A stretch of 64,000 nucleotides of DNA from Daphnia carinata (Eukaryota): the NCBI RefSeq assembly GCF_022539665.2, contig NC_081331.1, forward strand, positions 5,704,001-5,768,000, written 5' to 3'. Every line of letters begins with the position of its first letter. Positions within the stretch are counted from its first letter, which is position 1. Positions 10,801 through 29,100 of this stretch are shown here, piece after piece. The notes under the pieces were generated by a model that saw only the letters and a program-made list of their open reading frames with translations, did no database searches and was not told the origin of the DNA. Both the position numbers and the translations under genes were made by a program.

Positions 10801-13109
10801 CGCGCTGGCCGTTTCCAAAAAGACCTATCGCCTCTTGGTTTCAATGCAAGCTCCCACCATGTTGTGACTGCAACAATCTCGCCTCCTCTCAACGACTACT
10901 CGTTACAAAATAAACTTTCTCTTTGACATAGTAACGCGTCGTGTTATGTTTTTACATGTTTTGGTTTTTATAATGGACGTAAATTGGCTAAAAAAGAATT
11001 CGTACAACAACGAAAAAAGTGTGTGTGGGGGGGGGGACGTAATGATTAATGAATAATTTCCAACAAAATGCGCAGCAAAAAAAAACTAGCGCCAACAAGA
11101 GAAATTTCGTTTCGGCGCCGTCTCAGGTGCCCCCCCCCCCCCCGAAACAATCAGGGCCAAATGATTACGGCGTTGGGTTTATGTAGTGTTTGCAGAGAGA
11201 GACGCCATGGATATTGGGATGAGGGACAAATGTGCCCCCCTCCATTCAAAACTCGTTCCTACACTCGAGAAAAGTAGAACGCGGAGAGAACGAAAAGACA
11301 CTTAAAAAAAGATGTCGATTTCTATGACCCATTAGCGCACAGACGTTTGATTGACCCGACCAACCCTCTATCCGTATGGACGACAAGGGACTAGACTTTA
11401 GACTAATGGAAACCCCCCCTAAAGTACATGGACCCATAAATCCTTTTTTTTTCCTAATCAGGTGGTTTCAATCTTCTAAAACCAAAAAAAATCCCTTTTT
11501 TTCTCAAATTTGTTCCGCAGGGAAGAAAAGGACGTCTGATTATATACCCCGTACTCTCGGACAAGGTCGACGACCCAATATCTAGTAGTCCTTGAGCCAT
11601 TCAGGTAAGAAACCAACAGCAATAAAAAAAAGAGTAGATAATCGGCATCCACGGTTAATTAAAGTGCTTTAGACATTATATGTAGGTGGACTGTTATCTC
11701 TCTCACTGTGTCTACGCGCGCAAGTAGCATTGAATCTAGCCCTTAGGGTATCATGAGCAATTGACGAAGACACGAAATGTTGATGTGATGCAATAAGTTT
11801 ACCCGGAAACGGAGTGGTCCTACAGGCGGCTGAGCATAAGGAATGCCGAGGAAGGCGACAACGGTGGAACGCTTATTCGAAGGTTTTTTTACCTAAAAAA
11901 AAAAAAAAAAAAATATGTGAGTCATCTTTTGGAAAAAACAATAACATCATGCGCCGGCCATCCGTTGTTAGCTTTCTGGCCAGCGGATGAATCGTGTCTT
12001 GTTATAGAAGCACTTGAGGAAATGAAAGATCATCAAAGAAGAATGCAGTGGTTAACGTTTCGCTTCATGCCACGTCTACCTGCACAGTTAGATACAAAAA
12101 AAACAAAAAAAAAACAACAACACGAAATTGTGAACCGCCAATGGTCAGACCTCAAGAGAGTGGCAATCGTGGAATATATATACACACCCAAAACCGCGAT
12201 AATAAGAAGCGCAATCGCAATGTGTTTTCAACATTTAATCATTTCTGTTTTTCGGCTGCTCCATATACATTTGGAAAACAATGTGAGTTTCCTTCCGTCC
12301 TTTCTTTTCGACAAACTATTCAACATATAAATTTTTTTTTTCAAAAGACTGGCAAGTACTGAAAAAAGCGGAAATACTAAATGAAATTCAATTCTTTTTT
12401 TTCGAAAAAGGCTTTTAGATAGCTCGATGTATAAAAGGTGGGTACTTTATTTTTCCTCCCCCTCTTTCCCTATTTTCTCGTTATCAATTTCACCTTATTC
12501 TTTCTCCTATATACTTCACTCTCATTGAGTTAAAAAAAAAAAAAAAAAAAAAAAAATAACAAAAACTTTCAAAAAGGCTTGGTCGACTAGCTTTCGTTTC
12601 ATCGGCTCGATGGCCTGCGGACTGAAATTCACTGGCGCCGGGCACTGCTCCAAATCGAGTCGATTGGAAATATAAAAATGATTAGAAAGTGAACGCTGCA
12701 ACCGAAAAACCAACCAACTACACCGTTCGACTTCCGCATATGCCGTGCAGCAGACGGGTCAACCGGCAGAGCTCCGGCTGGAACGGGTAACTCTTGTCTG
12801 AAGGACCAAGAGATGACCTGAATGTTTTCTTAGCCCCCGCTGGCAACGTGTTATTACCCTCAAACAGAGCTGTATATCTCTGCGCACATGAAGAGAAAAA
12901 GAAACGAGGATAGAAAAAAAAAAAAAAAGGAAAAAGAAGAACTTAACAAAAAAAGGCGACAAGTATACAGGAAAAAAAAAGAAGAAATATAAGAAGAAAC
13001 TTACACCGCGTATCTCGCCCTGGGGTAGGACGACGCTCGGATCCTGAGCCAAGCTAGCACTCATCCAGAAGAGGAGGCCGGCCATCCAGAAATGCATCCA
13101 TCGGCCCAT
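7838..13109 (-). CDS. Non-catalytic cholinesterase-like adhesion protein (neuroligin/gliotactin-like), type I membrane, 609 aa to first stop
   Basis: Ten exons with consistent phases: 13109-13005, 11892-11803, 10464-10333, 9847-9700, 9578-9393, 9296-8934, 8853-8524, 8451-8313, 8240-8020, 7953-7838. Signal peptide MGRWMHFWMAGLLFWMSASLA; motifs FLGIPYAQPPVGPLRF, SEDCLFVNVW, GNLGLWDQ, FGGDP; nucleophile elbow GHGSG; GAPHGSELLYLFG; TM helix IMWVLIAAISVLLVAFILSLA. Confidence 0.9.
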
Positions 13110-13637
13110 GGTGGCCAGATTTTCTCTTTTTGCCTAAAAGACTTACTCTTTTCGACGTTCAGTTGAAGACACACCGAGGAAACTTTCAGTTTTTGATTCT
13201 CTCTTTTCCGACCCCTTTCTCTGTCTGATGCGATCCCCGGGTTTATAATTGGCAAATACGTTGCCCTTCTTCTTGGTTTCTAAACAGTTTTTGTTTTTCA
13301 AGTTCGAAGATTAGCCGTTGGCAGGGATACACGTACGTGCACGGATGTCGCTTTAACAGTCGGGATGAGTAAACAAAGAGTTTGGTTCGTTGAACTTGGG
13401 CAGACGTGCACGGGGGTTGATTGCGAGGTGAGCGAACTGGGACACTTGTCTTCTTGCTCCCCACAAAATTCAATTGCAGATTGATATCACCAGGTGTAAG
13501 CAAAACAAGTAAAAAAAACTGTTCAATAAAATCACGTCCAGAAAAAAAAAATAGCGGCTTAAAAGTTTTTTTTTTTTTGTTTTATATTGTTAAGGCACGG
13601 AAGGTGTCGCACCTGTGCAGCACCTCGTCTTTTAGTC

Positions 13638-13674
13638 GACTGAATAGCACTCGCCAGTTGGCGGCCTTCTATAT
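13638..13674 (-). promoter_or_regulatory. Candidate core promoter (TATA-like + Inr) of the cholinesterase-like gene
   Basis: Minus strand TATAGAAG begins at 13673 and an arthropod Inr TCAGTC has A+1 at 13641 (32-nt spacing), ~530 nt upstream of the ATG. Confidence 0.5.
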
Positions 13675-13700
13675 GCGTGTACATTCCGTCCAAAAAAACC

Positions 13701-13720
13701 TCCACTCCACTCCACTCCAC
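13701..13720 (+). repeat. (TCCAC)4 pentanucleotide repeat
   Basis: Four exact tandem units just upstream of the candidate minus-strand promoter. Confidence 0.85.
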
Positions 13721-16408
13721 TCCCTCCCCCCTTCCCCAGCCCCCCCCCCTCTTGCTGGTTCTCTTTCTTCTGTGTCGCTCTGTACCACAAGCCTGCAGAG
13801 AGTCAGGGACATGCACACACAAAACAAAAAAAAAAACCACGCTAGCGGTTGCGACAAGGTTGCGAGCGTTATTCGTGATATTCTTTCGTTCGGAATACCC
13901 TTCTCCCGTTGTTGTCTTTAACATTTTTACATCGTGTTCCGTGGCACTATAAGATTCGTTATGTTCTATCTTCGCATTCAAAAGACCTATTTTTGCAACT
14001 CGCTATTCGGCGAAGGGACATGTCAAAACGGCGAAGAAAAAAATTGGACCGGACGTCTTTGTTTGGTCAAAATGCAAATTCAAAAAGTATAGTAACTAAA
14101 TCTCAAAAAAAAAAAAAAAAATTCTATATGACAATTCTGATTGTGTTGGTTTTTGGCGTTTCACGTATAGCGGAACTGGCGTTGTAGGCTACCGCCGTCT
14201 GGGCTGCACGGCGCCAATGTATGGATGTTTTCCACTTTTTTTTTTTGTTCGTTTGTTGCAACCTTCTTTTTTCTCCCCTCCCCCCACACCTTTGTGATCT
14301 CATTAGGACATACCACATCCTCTGACAGTGCACTGTCCGTACTTAGCATATTCTCTGTTTTTTTAGTCATTTGAATCGACGGGTGTCAATTTCCGTTGCG
14401 GCCTCCGCCTGCGGAACTCGTTTGGCTGGTTCTTTTTAAACTTTCAACGATCGGGTCCAGCATTTGGCCACACGTTACGTAGATGTATGTACCTTCGGGA
14501 CACGGAGTGCCCGGAGTCAGGGATGGATTTTTCGTATCTCTTATTTTTTATTCAGCATAACCACCTGAAGAACCAACCCTTCAGGTATAAGCTGGAGATC
14601 AACAGCCTCGAGCGCAAGTTGTTTAATTGAACCGTAAAAACAACTTTTGCTGCTGGCCAAAGGGTGGACGCAAACAGTTACCTATACATTGCAAACGTTA
14701 AAATTGCGGAACAATTTATCTTGGCAGCAAAAGGCTCATTTCCAGGGTTTAGTAGCCCGTACACAAGGTCTTTCTTCTTCAAACACAATGGTCACAGGAA
14801 ATTCGAAGAAAAATATTCAGGAGGTAGGATGACCATCAAGACTATTTTGCGCTGTGCCCACTTGCGAGTTTTTTAACGATAAATTTAAAAGAAACACATG
14901 GCCGACCTTCGCGATGATCAGCTCTGTGTAAACAATTGAACATTGCCTAGTCACATCCACCCGCCACAATACGTTACGTCAATTTCGCGCATCGCTTGTT
15001 GTCTAACACAATAACGTGTAACATTAACTTTTTCTGGTAACAGCGCATTTAGTTTCAATGTCAAAATATCAATCAGCGCTTTGCAATTCACCGTTGATCA
15101 CGAAATCCATTGTCAAACGCGAATGCCACGTGTAAATGAAAGGCTCGTTTAAGGAAACTAAAGCAAGTTCAAAAACGCAATGTTCAACATTTACATGTGC
15201 ATTCGGAATAAGTGGCCTCGGAAAACTCGTATCCAACAAACGACCCCGACAGACCTTTTATGTAACATGGAAGTAAAATGCAATGGAAAGTTTTTCGTCG
15301 ATTGGAAAATTACAAGAAAAGAATTCTAAACAATAAATCGACAGGTTTCCTTTAGATAATTCGTTTTTTTTTATGAACAAAGTGGAAAACAACTCGATTC
15401 ACCGTTTCACCATGCATGATTTTACAGAACCATCGCAATTACATGGGTTTCCTGAAGTTACAAACGAATACCTAAGGCTAATCTGTTGAAACAAAACCGC
15501 AAGGAAAAAAGAGGACATTGTTCTTGCGCAACGTTCGTAATTCTACCTGACGTAACCCTGATGACTGTCAGCCAGAATAAAGTGCTGAAGAGGAACCCAA
15601 AAAACGAATCTCGTGTTTTTTTCTGAAATTGTCACGTCCGATTTAGTAGCCAATGTGCCAAAAAAAATTGCATTGACGACATACCGGATGTCTCAGGCCG
15701 TGCCCGTGCAAATTTGCTGTGACATAAACGGTAAAGGGACGCCCTCACAATAGCAATTGCATATCAGACTACAATCGTGCAACTTCCTGAACGCGGTAAG
15801 CCGCCAAACAAGTTCCTCGTCACGCAGAAAAAGGCAACGCGCAGCCACCGGTTGCTAATTTTCCAAGTCTTTGAGAATTGTTGCAGTGAAATGCCTCGAG
15901 AGACTTGCTTCCCTTTTTATTTATTTTTCCCACAAGTCTTTTGTTAATGTAGTAGCCAAGGTCGTACTGAGATTATCCCGACGCGCATTTTCGTTCCACC
16001 TCCATACTTATAATCAGTAGGGCCAAATCCCAGTCAAGGTAGGTGCAAAAAAGTACATTAGCCTCCGGGGAGCGAAGACCTTCCAAAGTGTATGCCTCTT
16101 CATCACGATTCAACGACTATTGCGTATTTTTTTTTTTTCGTTTTCCTTATGCCATATTCACTACAAGTTAGCTGAAATAATTTCACATACCTGACGTGTC
16201 TCTTAAAAGAGAGATACTTTGGCGTTTAAGATGATTGTAGCGAGGTCGTTCTTGCCTCGCGGTTAACTTTCCTTTTGGTTGACGGAGGGAGTTTTTTCAC
16301 TTTTTTTTGGTCACAATGTATTGTCACATCACTGGGCTATTGCTTGTTTTTAGATGGATTGATCCGAATTGTCAACCCGAGCAATTGGATGGCTGACGAT
16401 TTCATTGG

Positions 16409-16418
16409 CGCCATTTTG
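16409..16418 (+). promoter_or_regulatory. YY1/Pho-type motif in probable hippo promoter/5' region
   Basis: CGCCATTTTG matches the YY1 consensus CGCCATnTT, ~640 nt upstream of the hippo ATG. Confidence 0.35.
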
Positions 16419-17052
16419 TGCCGCAGGTGTTGACGAGTCAGGGATACGATTTCTATTATTTTTCATCGATTACGTGATTAAGTTTTACAACTGATGATAG
16501 ATTTATGTAATCTTCTCAGTTTCAGCCGGAAGTCGGACATGACTGCAGCACAGCCGCAGCACATTTGTCGATCTAATCTCGTTTCCTGGTTCCAAGGCTG
16601 TTGCAGGAAACCTATTTGGTTCCTGTGTGGCACCGACATATCACTATAAATAATGAGCTATCAAGTAATGCGAACGGGAATGCAATTTAAATGTTTCGTG
16701 GCATTGATGATTCAGGTTTTATGACAGGAGATTGAAACAACCACGTTATTGGAAAGAAATCCAAAAATTGCAAGCAACTGTAGAACACTCGGTAGGCGGA
16801 GAGTCAAATATAGCAGTCTGCTGCATATTGATGCTACCAACCCCACCTAGCGACAAAATGTTTAGCGTGTGTTGATATTTGACAAGTGATAGGGTACATG
16901 GCGGCTTATTGGCAGTCTTCGTCAACTTGGAAATAAATAAAAGTTTTACGTTTTTCATCTGAAAGTGTACCGATTCGTAGTTGGAGAGGATGATTTAAGC
17001 TGAAAGAACTTTTACTTATATATCGCGTTCAAATCCGAATATACACAGGAAA

Positions 17053-20551
<3,499 letters not shown>

Positions 20552-21508
20552 ATCCGGACGTCTCGTCATCATCACCGGGCCAACGACCGTTCTCTCACTT
20601 GTAATCTTGTAATGCGCGTTGTCTCGTGACGAAGTATTTCGTTCTGACCGATCGCCCGCCCAAAACTTACGGACGAGAATGGACGAAAAACAAAAGACAC
20701 ACACAAAAACTTGGCCCCTAATTAGGGCACAAGTTCCAAACAGTAACGAGTCATTGTCGAATGCCTTTGTGTTTGAACGGTGTGTAGTACGTCTTTCCGT
20801 CTGTAAGTCCTTGTCATAACGTGCAATTTTTTTTTTTTGTCCTTTTCCTAAAGTACCATCTCATTGACGATCGTGACTTCTGAAACGAAATGAAGGGAAT
20901 TTTCATTATATAATTGCGAATTCCTTATTATAGGTGCCATCGATTTCTTGTTTTTCAATTTCGTTTGAAAATTGCCACGGTAAGCCATGCTTAACAACAG
21001 GTCTCAATCACAGATCTTTTCTCTGCTGTCTCCACTATTTTTTTCATTTGTAATGTTATGATTTAAGTAGCGATTAAATTACATGTGAAAATGATACACA
21101 AGTGTATTATATTTATTAACGATTCTCATCTCGTCACAAACGGAATGACTTTACCAAACTGTTTTAGGTTAAAAAGGGCGAATAATTTTTAGTTGAGAGA
21201 TTATTACTGTTTGTCCAAAACGACGTAGAAAGGGCCACACATCGCATTATTTCTTTGTTTTGTTTTTTTTTTGTTTTTAAAAGAGGCTCCTATATGACTA
21301 GACACAAGATATTCAGATTTCATGATAATGATTACTCCTCCCCTTTTTTTTTTTCTGTCAACGACTGTAAATCGGATAAGCGGATACATATATATATAAA
21401 CATGGTACGGCTTCGTCCACCAGCCGTATCGTGTTGAATCTGAAGTTTTCAATATTTAAACTCCAAAATTATTGATTTTGTTTTGTTTTGTTGTTGTCCT
21501 TTTTGTTT

Positions 21509-24500
21509 TCACACTTGCGTGACGTGATTGCTGGGGTAGTAGGATCTCCGTTTGGCTTCCCTTTCAGCTTTGGATGCACGGGACCTGTCGAAGCTCACGG
21601 AACGTTCTAATAAAAATAAAAAAACAAAAGGGACATTTTTAAAAAATCAAGATACGAACTGTTGATTATTTGGGACGGAAAGAAAAAAAAAAGTTGGGTC
21701 ATGAGAACTAGGAAAGTTTCAACAACAAAAAAAAAAAAAACGATGACAAGGAAGAATAATCTGTAACACAAATGGCCAAACCAAAGTTGGATCACTGAAG
21801 CGAGCCTTTTTTATTATTGACTTCTTTTTATGTACTTTTTTGGTCCCCTAATTTCATTTTTAAGAAAACGGTTTGTTCTTTGTGAAATAAAAAAAAAAAA
21901 AAGAGGAGCCGCATCTTCGTCATACTAACCTCGATAGGGAACCGGGACGGGAGGACTCTGTACTGCGGGTGGCGGAGTTGAAGACGTCACCTGAGCCGGA
22001 ACGGCGTTATAGTTTCCTAGGCTCTGAGGTTCGGCTGTTAATACTGCACTATTATTCAGCCCATTGTCTGAATGATCTGAAGTACTGCCGCCGGTCCCTG
22101 TCAATTTCACTTCGTGGTCAACCATCACTGCACACGCCAATCCAATCAAAGTTGCACATATCAGGAAAAAAAAAAAAGAAGAAGAAGAAAACACATAAAT
22201 ATGAAATACATAAAAAGAAAAAGGAAGGGACATGCAAATACGAGTGTGCATTGAAAAAAAAGGGACTGTTAAATTTTTAATATTGATGCGGTTTCATCGT
22301 TTCGCGTTTCCCTTTTTCCTCGTTTATAGTATCTTTACTGCGACACCCCCGAAAGAGAACGTGACGCACAAGCTTTGCATTTCAAACGTCTCAAATGACC
22401 CGTTTCTTAAAATCAGCAATCATAAAATACAAAAAAAAAAAATTGCATTTTTTACATCTCAATTCACGTATCTTGTCGCATGTGAAACGTACAACACTTT
22501 AACGTCGATTTTATCCGAAAGTGCCAAAACAAAATTCTTTTTTTGTCTTGCAAAAAAGCAAACTCGATTTTTATGTATTTTGACTAGCCCAAAGTTTATT
22601 ACGCAATTCTTTTTCGAAACCAAAATATTTTACGATTTCCCAGTTTTTTTTTCTTAGAAAATGGATACCATTGTCCTGCCAACATTTTAAGACAATTTGC
22701 AAAACAAAAAAGGAAATGCTTGGCGTGACTGAACTGTTGGAATGTTCCTCCCTTTAAAAAAAAAAACCGCTCATTTGCAACGTTGGCTATTAGCAACGTG
22801 ACCGTTCGACAGCACGACGTTTTCTAGTCACGGACAGTTAGACACGTGATGGAGTGTACAAGTAGAAGAGGAGAACACAAATAAAAAATCGAAAACAATT
22901 CACTTGTCCTAAGAGGCTTTCCCGAACGTGTGCCCAACGTGCAAAGCTGGTGATTTCTAGATTTCAAACGACAATCAACCGGTAAGAGTGGCCATTGTTT
23001 AGCATTTCGGAGGACTGTGACAGGCCGACAGTTCAGCAGAAGAAACCCACCGAGAGGGCAAAAAAAAAAAAAAAAAACTCACGTGATACAGAAGATGAAC
23101 GATTCAGCTGACTTTGATAGAGAAGCACTCTGTAGCACTAAAACGTGATAAAACTGATCTGATATCCTAAAGATTTTTTACGATGGTTTGATTGAGAAAA
23201 AAAAAAATCCTTGTTTTGGCTTTGTTTTTTTCGGGGGGGGGGGGGCGATTCTGCACATTAGCCAAGTTATTATAACCCATTAAAAGCGAAGAGAGGGGCG
23301 CAAATGCTTTTGCATTTTAGCGTTGAAAAGAAAAAGGAGGTACTTACGAGAGAATCGATTGGTTGGCTTATTGTTTTCCCTGGCTGCCAGACTCCGATCG
23401 CGATAAACCGATTGGACTGGAGCAGGTCGTTGTTGTTGTTGCGGCTGTTGTTGCTGAGCAACGGACACGGACGATGACGTGAAAGTTTCAGTCCTTCCTC
23501 GCTGGTCCATTAACAAAGTCTGGCGGCGTCCAATGGTTTCTTTGACGCAACACTAAGACGTGACAGATCGTTATTGACACTGACTGACGGCATGAACAGG
23601 TAAAACGAAAGAAGTAGAGACAAACCTGTAAATCGTCAAACCATCCGTTGAGATCCATAGACGTCTTGAGCAGAAGTCGGCCCTCTTTGGCTAGCGTTAA
23701 GCACACAATAGCTGTCCCCCTCTTGTCCAGCCATTGGACGGCAATCACCTCGGCCAAGTTCACCTGTTGGAAAAGACGAAAATGTCACCAAACAGGTTCC
23801 TCCAAAAAGCACATCCTTCGACTAACAAAAGAATTTTTCTTTTCTTTTCTCTTTGACAGTAAAAATTCCCAAGCCTTGTCTTTTCTTCTCCCCCCTTATT
23901 CCTATGTGTTCCTCCCCCCCCCCTTTATTTTGTGTGTACCTTTGGATGAGTAGCACATACAGCGATGACTATAGAAGAACAATAATAGTTAACTTGAATT
24001 GGAATCACAAAAAAAAAAAGAGGGGGAGAGAATGCGGAGGTCATTCCGGACGCCCTTAAAGCAAACACTCATTTCCCTCCCTTTTTCTTTTGCATCCGGA
24101 GGGTTGTTTTACGCTATATACAGCCTAAAACATGTTACGTGCTTGTAGGGAAAAAAAAAAATAAATAAAAGGTGAACCAAAAATATCGTCATGGTAACGT
24201 ATTCAAACGTCATCAAGAGATATTGGGAAAACATGTTCCCCTTACATAAATTAAAATAAATGACAGAGAGGGGGGCTACATAAGCATATTCACACACCAA
24301 TTTTAGTCTCTCATGTGTGTAATGGAGGATTTCACATAACGTGGAGCCGTCACTGAAGTCGTTCGCTCTTCTTTGAACTGTTTACGACACGCGCCGGACC
24401 TCTTGACGATGCTCCCCCCCCCCCTTTCCTTTTCAAAAACAAACTCTCCTCACATCCCAAATGGAATATATAATTCAGTTTGTTACACATACACACGAGT

Positions 24501-26127
24501 CGTTAAAAAGAAAACATAACAAGGAAGGTTCTTTTCGCGCTGATCGGTCTACAAATCCAAAGTTCAAGGCAGCTAGTGAATATACATACGTTATGTATAC
24601 GAGTTCACTAACGATCTGTTTTGTTTTTTTTTTTTGTTTCTCTACACGCGTGTCCATTTTCGGCAATACAAGCGATAGCAACTCGAGCGCATAGATATTC
24701 AAATTTTACCCTTTTTTTTCATCTTCTTCTGTCTGCCCACTTTTTTTTTTTGTGTGTGTTTTTTTCGGGGGTTTCAATTACTCAAAAAAAAAAAAAAAAA
24801 AAAAGGGCCACTCTTACTTTTTTTTTTTTTTTTTTCGAGTGGTCCGCTAATGTATTCCTAGTTCTTTTCTCTTATGTATAAATAAAATGTATATGTAATT
24901 TATTTTTTTTTTTTTTTAGTACTGTTCCGTGCATACCTTGAACAAGAAGTTGCCCATTTGAGTCAAACTTGCTTCGGAGCCTTTCTTGAAACAGTGCAAG
25001 TAGTTTCGGGTCAGGATACAAAAGCGTTCTAGGAAAAAAAACAAAAGACAGAGTAGAACGATTATTCAAATGATGAACGACGAAACATGTATTTTTGGAC
25101 AACACTGTATTTTAAATACGCAAAATAGTTTACCGTGGTAGCGGGAGAAAATGCGATCGCGCATGACCCATAGAAGTCCCTTGCGCACCATCGAAGATTC
25201 CTGTTAAAAAAAAAAAAAAAAAAAAATTTTAATCAATTAAAAGAGCTACGGAAGATGCACGTCCCATAAATAACATGTTTAAAAAAAAAAACGGTTTGAT
25301 ATGGTAAATATTACGAACACGAGAGAGAGAGTCAAGGGCGCCCATTTCTTTTCAGAGATGATGGCCCTTTTTGAAACGAGCGCCACTGAGCCAGGTCGCG
25401 ATTAAGTTCAGCACCGGTTTGATCCCGACCGGTTTAGCATTATGTCCCTATTGTTGTGTATGCGTTTTGCTTTGATAATTTACCACCGTTCGCAGCGTAC
25501 ACCAAATAGGAACTAATAAGCGGGTAACCACAGATATCAATTTAAAAAGGTAAAAATCTTGTTTTCTACCTCTCTCTCTTTTGACTATAATTTTCTTGCA
25601 GGCTTTTAGGTTAAAAAGCATCTATAAAAAGCACGAAAAAAAAAAAGAAAGAAAGAAAACAGCAAGAGATTTCAGGAAAGTGGTAGGGGGCACTTCTTCG
25701 CGCGGCCGCAATTAATGAGCGTGTGGCTCTCTTCGTGCGCTCCTTTTCCAGCAATCTGATATAATGTGTAGACGTTCGTTTAACAACGACGTGGAAAAGC
25801 CAACGATCGATGGCTGATTGTCGTCCATCTTTTTCCCAAACAAGGGCGTGTTTCTTCATGCTCCACGTCACCCGATGCATTCGCAAAACCAAAAGTACAC
25901 ACAAGATGCGTTCACGAGTGAAAGTCCTATTAATGTTTGTCTGCGTGTGGAGTATTTTATAATACACGCAACCACAAAATAAGAGATTCAAAGCCTCACC
26001 GTATCGCCCGTTTTTTAGTGATCCTCGAGTTTGGAAAGAAAAAAAAAATGAAAGTTGGGAACAAGCGAATCGAAAAAAAAAAATCCTTTCGCGTGATATG
26101 CCCAACGTGATCCGACATTTGAAAAGA

Positions 26128-26158
<31 letters not shown>

Positions 26159-29100
26159 GCCTTTTCAACAGGATATGTGTGCGTATACAACAGGATAATA
26201 ATAATCATCTATCGCCGGAGATTGTGCACGGTTGACGTGAAACGAGCGTGACTTTGAGAGACTTGACACGAAATTGGACAGAATGAAATCCACTTCATCT
26301 TGGCGAGATGTTCACACTCACTGGTAGATCAAAACTCCTCCTCTTTAAAAACACAAAAGAAAAAGAAAAGATTTTTTTTTTTTTGCTTTTTGTGTTGGCC
26401 CTTTCGTGAAAATGGGAAGGGACGTAACAGTTCATCATCTCTAGTGCGTGTGGTGCGATTAGCCAATCAACAAACCTCTGAATGCGTGCAGACGCCAACA
26501 GTCGCGCTATCTTTTTCATAATCATTAACACATCTTTTTTTTTTTTTTTTTCTTTTTTCCCCACTCTACTGGTAGGGGAAAAAATCCTCCGCAGGGGCCT
26601 CCATGTTGCGCAATTACGCCAGTCTACGAGAAGAATAAATCTTCATTTTCAGCTCGACGTAGTATATAGAGAGGGTGTAAAAAAAAAAGGCGAGTTGGAT
26701 GTTCAAAATAAAATATAAAAAAAAAAAAAAAAACTACACCCTAAAAATATCCCGCAGTTAGCGAGGGCTGGAACCTGAGCCTTTTTACTCCTCTACAGGA
26801 TTTATTTTTGCTGCTCAATGCCCCCTAAGAGGTATTGTTGTTTGATTGTAGCATTTCAGGGTTTGTAAATCGTGGGGGCTAGGGGGGTACCAGATCAGAA
26901 AGAGAAAACCGGAAAAGTGTGGCTTTCCCCCGTGCGCTTCACGTGAAAAATAACGAAGCAGAAATTCCTTTTTTCTAATGAAAAAAAAAAAAATGTGAAA
27001 ACAATTGGAGAACAAAAAAAAAATGAAATCCTGGAAGCTGCTTAGATGGAAATTTTCTTTTGGAATCCGCTATCGCGGTGTGTGCGCTTTATAATAACGC
27101 AAACCGCAACACAAACAATTGGGAGAGTTCCAAATCGACCAGCATTGAAACCGTGTCGAATGTTTCCCTTTTTTTTTTTAAACTCGGTAAAGAATAAAAT
27201 AATTCTTTTTTATAAATGTGATCAACACGGAGAGCTAGCCAATTGTCTTGCATTTCTCTTGCGCTGTGCTTTTTTTTTTTTTTTTTCAGTAAGGTCAATG
27301 TTATTATGACGGCCATAATTCTCGCTCTCTCCCAAGTTTGGTGTTTTGAATAATTCAGTGCGGGAATAAAGAGAGACTTTACACGAAACGATACGCAACA
27401 CGAAGGAAAAAGGCTGGAAATCGATTGGAACATGCCTCATAAAGCTCTTAAATCGAATCCTTCAACTTTCAAACAAAAAAAAATAAAATAAAATAAGGAG
27501 AACGAGAATGAAAGCGAACAGCGGGTGGGTCGACGATGTATATATCTTTCACTACGGAATGCTTCTTTTTTTTTTCAACTCTCCCAAGGTTAGAAACCCT
27601 CTTCTTTTATTTTTGTTTTCAAAAACAAAAAAAAAATGATAAGACCTTATATGGTGAGGCTGATAAAGTAGCGGCTGGAACTGACGCTGCGCGCGCGCTG
27701 GTTTTTTTTTTAAAAGTATGTCCCTCTTTGCTTTTTCCAGTTCAAATAATCAAATAAAAAATAGTGGGGGGGGGGATGCCCATTGAAACAATCATCATCG
27801 ACGGTGTGCATTTGTATAGTTTCCATAGTCACGGGCATGGCCGTAGTGCGTCCATAAATATTAGAGTGCGCCAATTGGCTTTGCACGCGGCTCTTATGCG
27901 TGCAAGTCTACATATCGACGTCACTAGTGTTTCCGCGTCCATGGCAACTACGGGCCACACAGACGACATAACAAAAAGGAAAGAGCAATAAAAGAAAATA
28001 AGAAGAGAAAAAAAAAAAGGGAGAAAATTATATTTTTGTAGGTTTCCGTCGTTGTTGTCGTCGACCCTCTCAAATGCCACCCCGTGGGTTTTACGTTTCC
28101 CAACAAAATCCATTGGCTTTAACCGACATTTTCTTCTTGTTTTGGGCACACCGTAAAGCATTGGCCTTTTCCAGGAGAAACATTAAAATCTTTTTTTTTT
28201 TTTTTTTTGATTTCATAACATCGCAGCCACGTTTGCATTTTGCGGTAGGTCGTGAGTGAGAGGACAGTCCTCTCGCCACCATTAAAGCCTTTTGTTGTGG
28301 CTGATTCACGCTGCTCGGGGTAGATAATCGATTCAAACATTTCAGCGCTCTGTTCACTGTGTAACCGGTAGAAAACAAAATGAAGAACGGGCGGGACCGT
28401 GAGTTTAAAAAATAAAACACCCAACACCTGGGCTCTCTCTCTCCCCATACACAACCCTCTAAAAATAAAAATAGAGAGCGTATCAGTTTTCTTATTTCTA
28501 TTTTGTTTTTAATGACGGGCGCAACCGGATCGAGACGTGCCAAACGTGCGACTTTCTTCCTCCAAGAAATCCTTTTGTTCTTTCAAGATGAACGATGGGA
28601 TACGACAACCCCCCTCCCCCACTTTCTTTATGAACTCGCCTACATGTGTACTACACTTAATAAATTCTTATCGCGTTCTAACGGTATGAAAAAAAATATA
28701 TATACATTATTGCATGTGTTTGTGCTATACGTTGAGTAACCATCTGGCCTTACCCCATTTTTAAAACCCCCATTCCCTAAATTGGGGTTTGTTTCAGGGG
28801 GTAGGTAACGAAGAGCCCCCTACACCATCCAAAAAAAAAAAAAAAAAAAAAAAAAAAAGAAAAAGGGCAGAGTAAAACATACCTCTGGTTTGGAGTTGAT
28901 TTCACGGTGTTGGGGTTCGGTGGTGTTGGCTGTAGGCGACGGAAGGAAGGTCCACTCGGTTTTGACAGCATTCGGTCCCGTACTGGTGGGCACTGGAGCA
29001 CCAGCAGCTGCGGGTTTCCGGCTCGCATGAACTTCCGCCGACGTTTTGCCAGTCGATCCGGCCGATGATGAAGATGACGATGGGAAACCACGTGCGTTTG

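Noticed and set aside
14545..14876. Mini exon-like segment, 8-bp hairpin (ACCTGAAG/CTTCAGGT) and a 70-aa ORF between the esterase-like gene and hippo
   Set aside because: No ATG start, no recognisable domain, no consistent exon chain; a hairpin this size is expected by chance.
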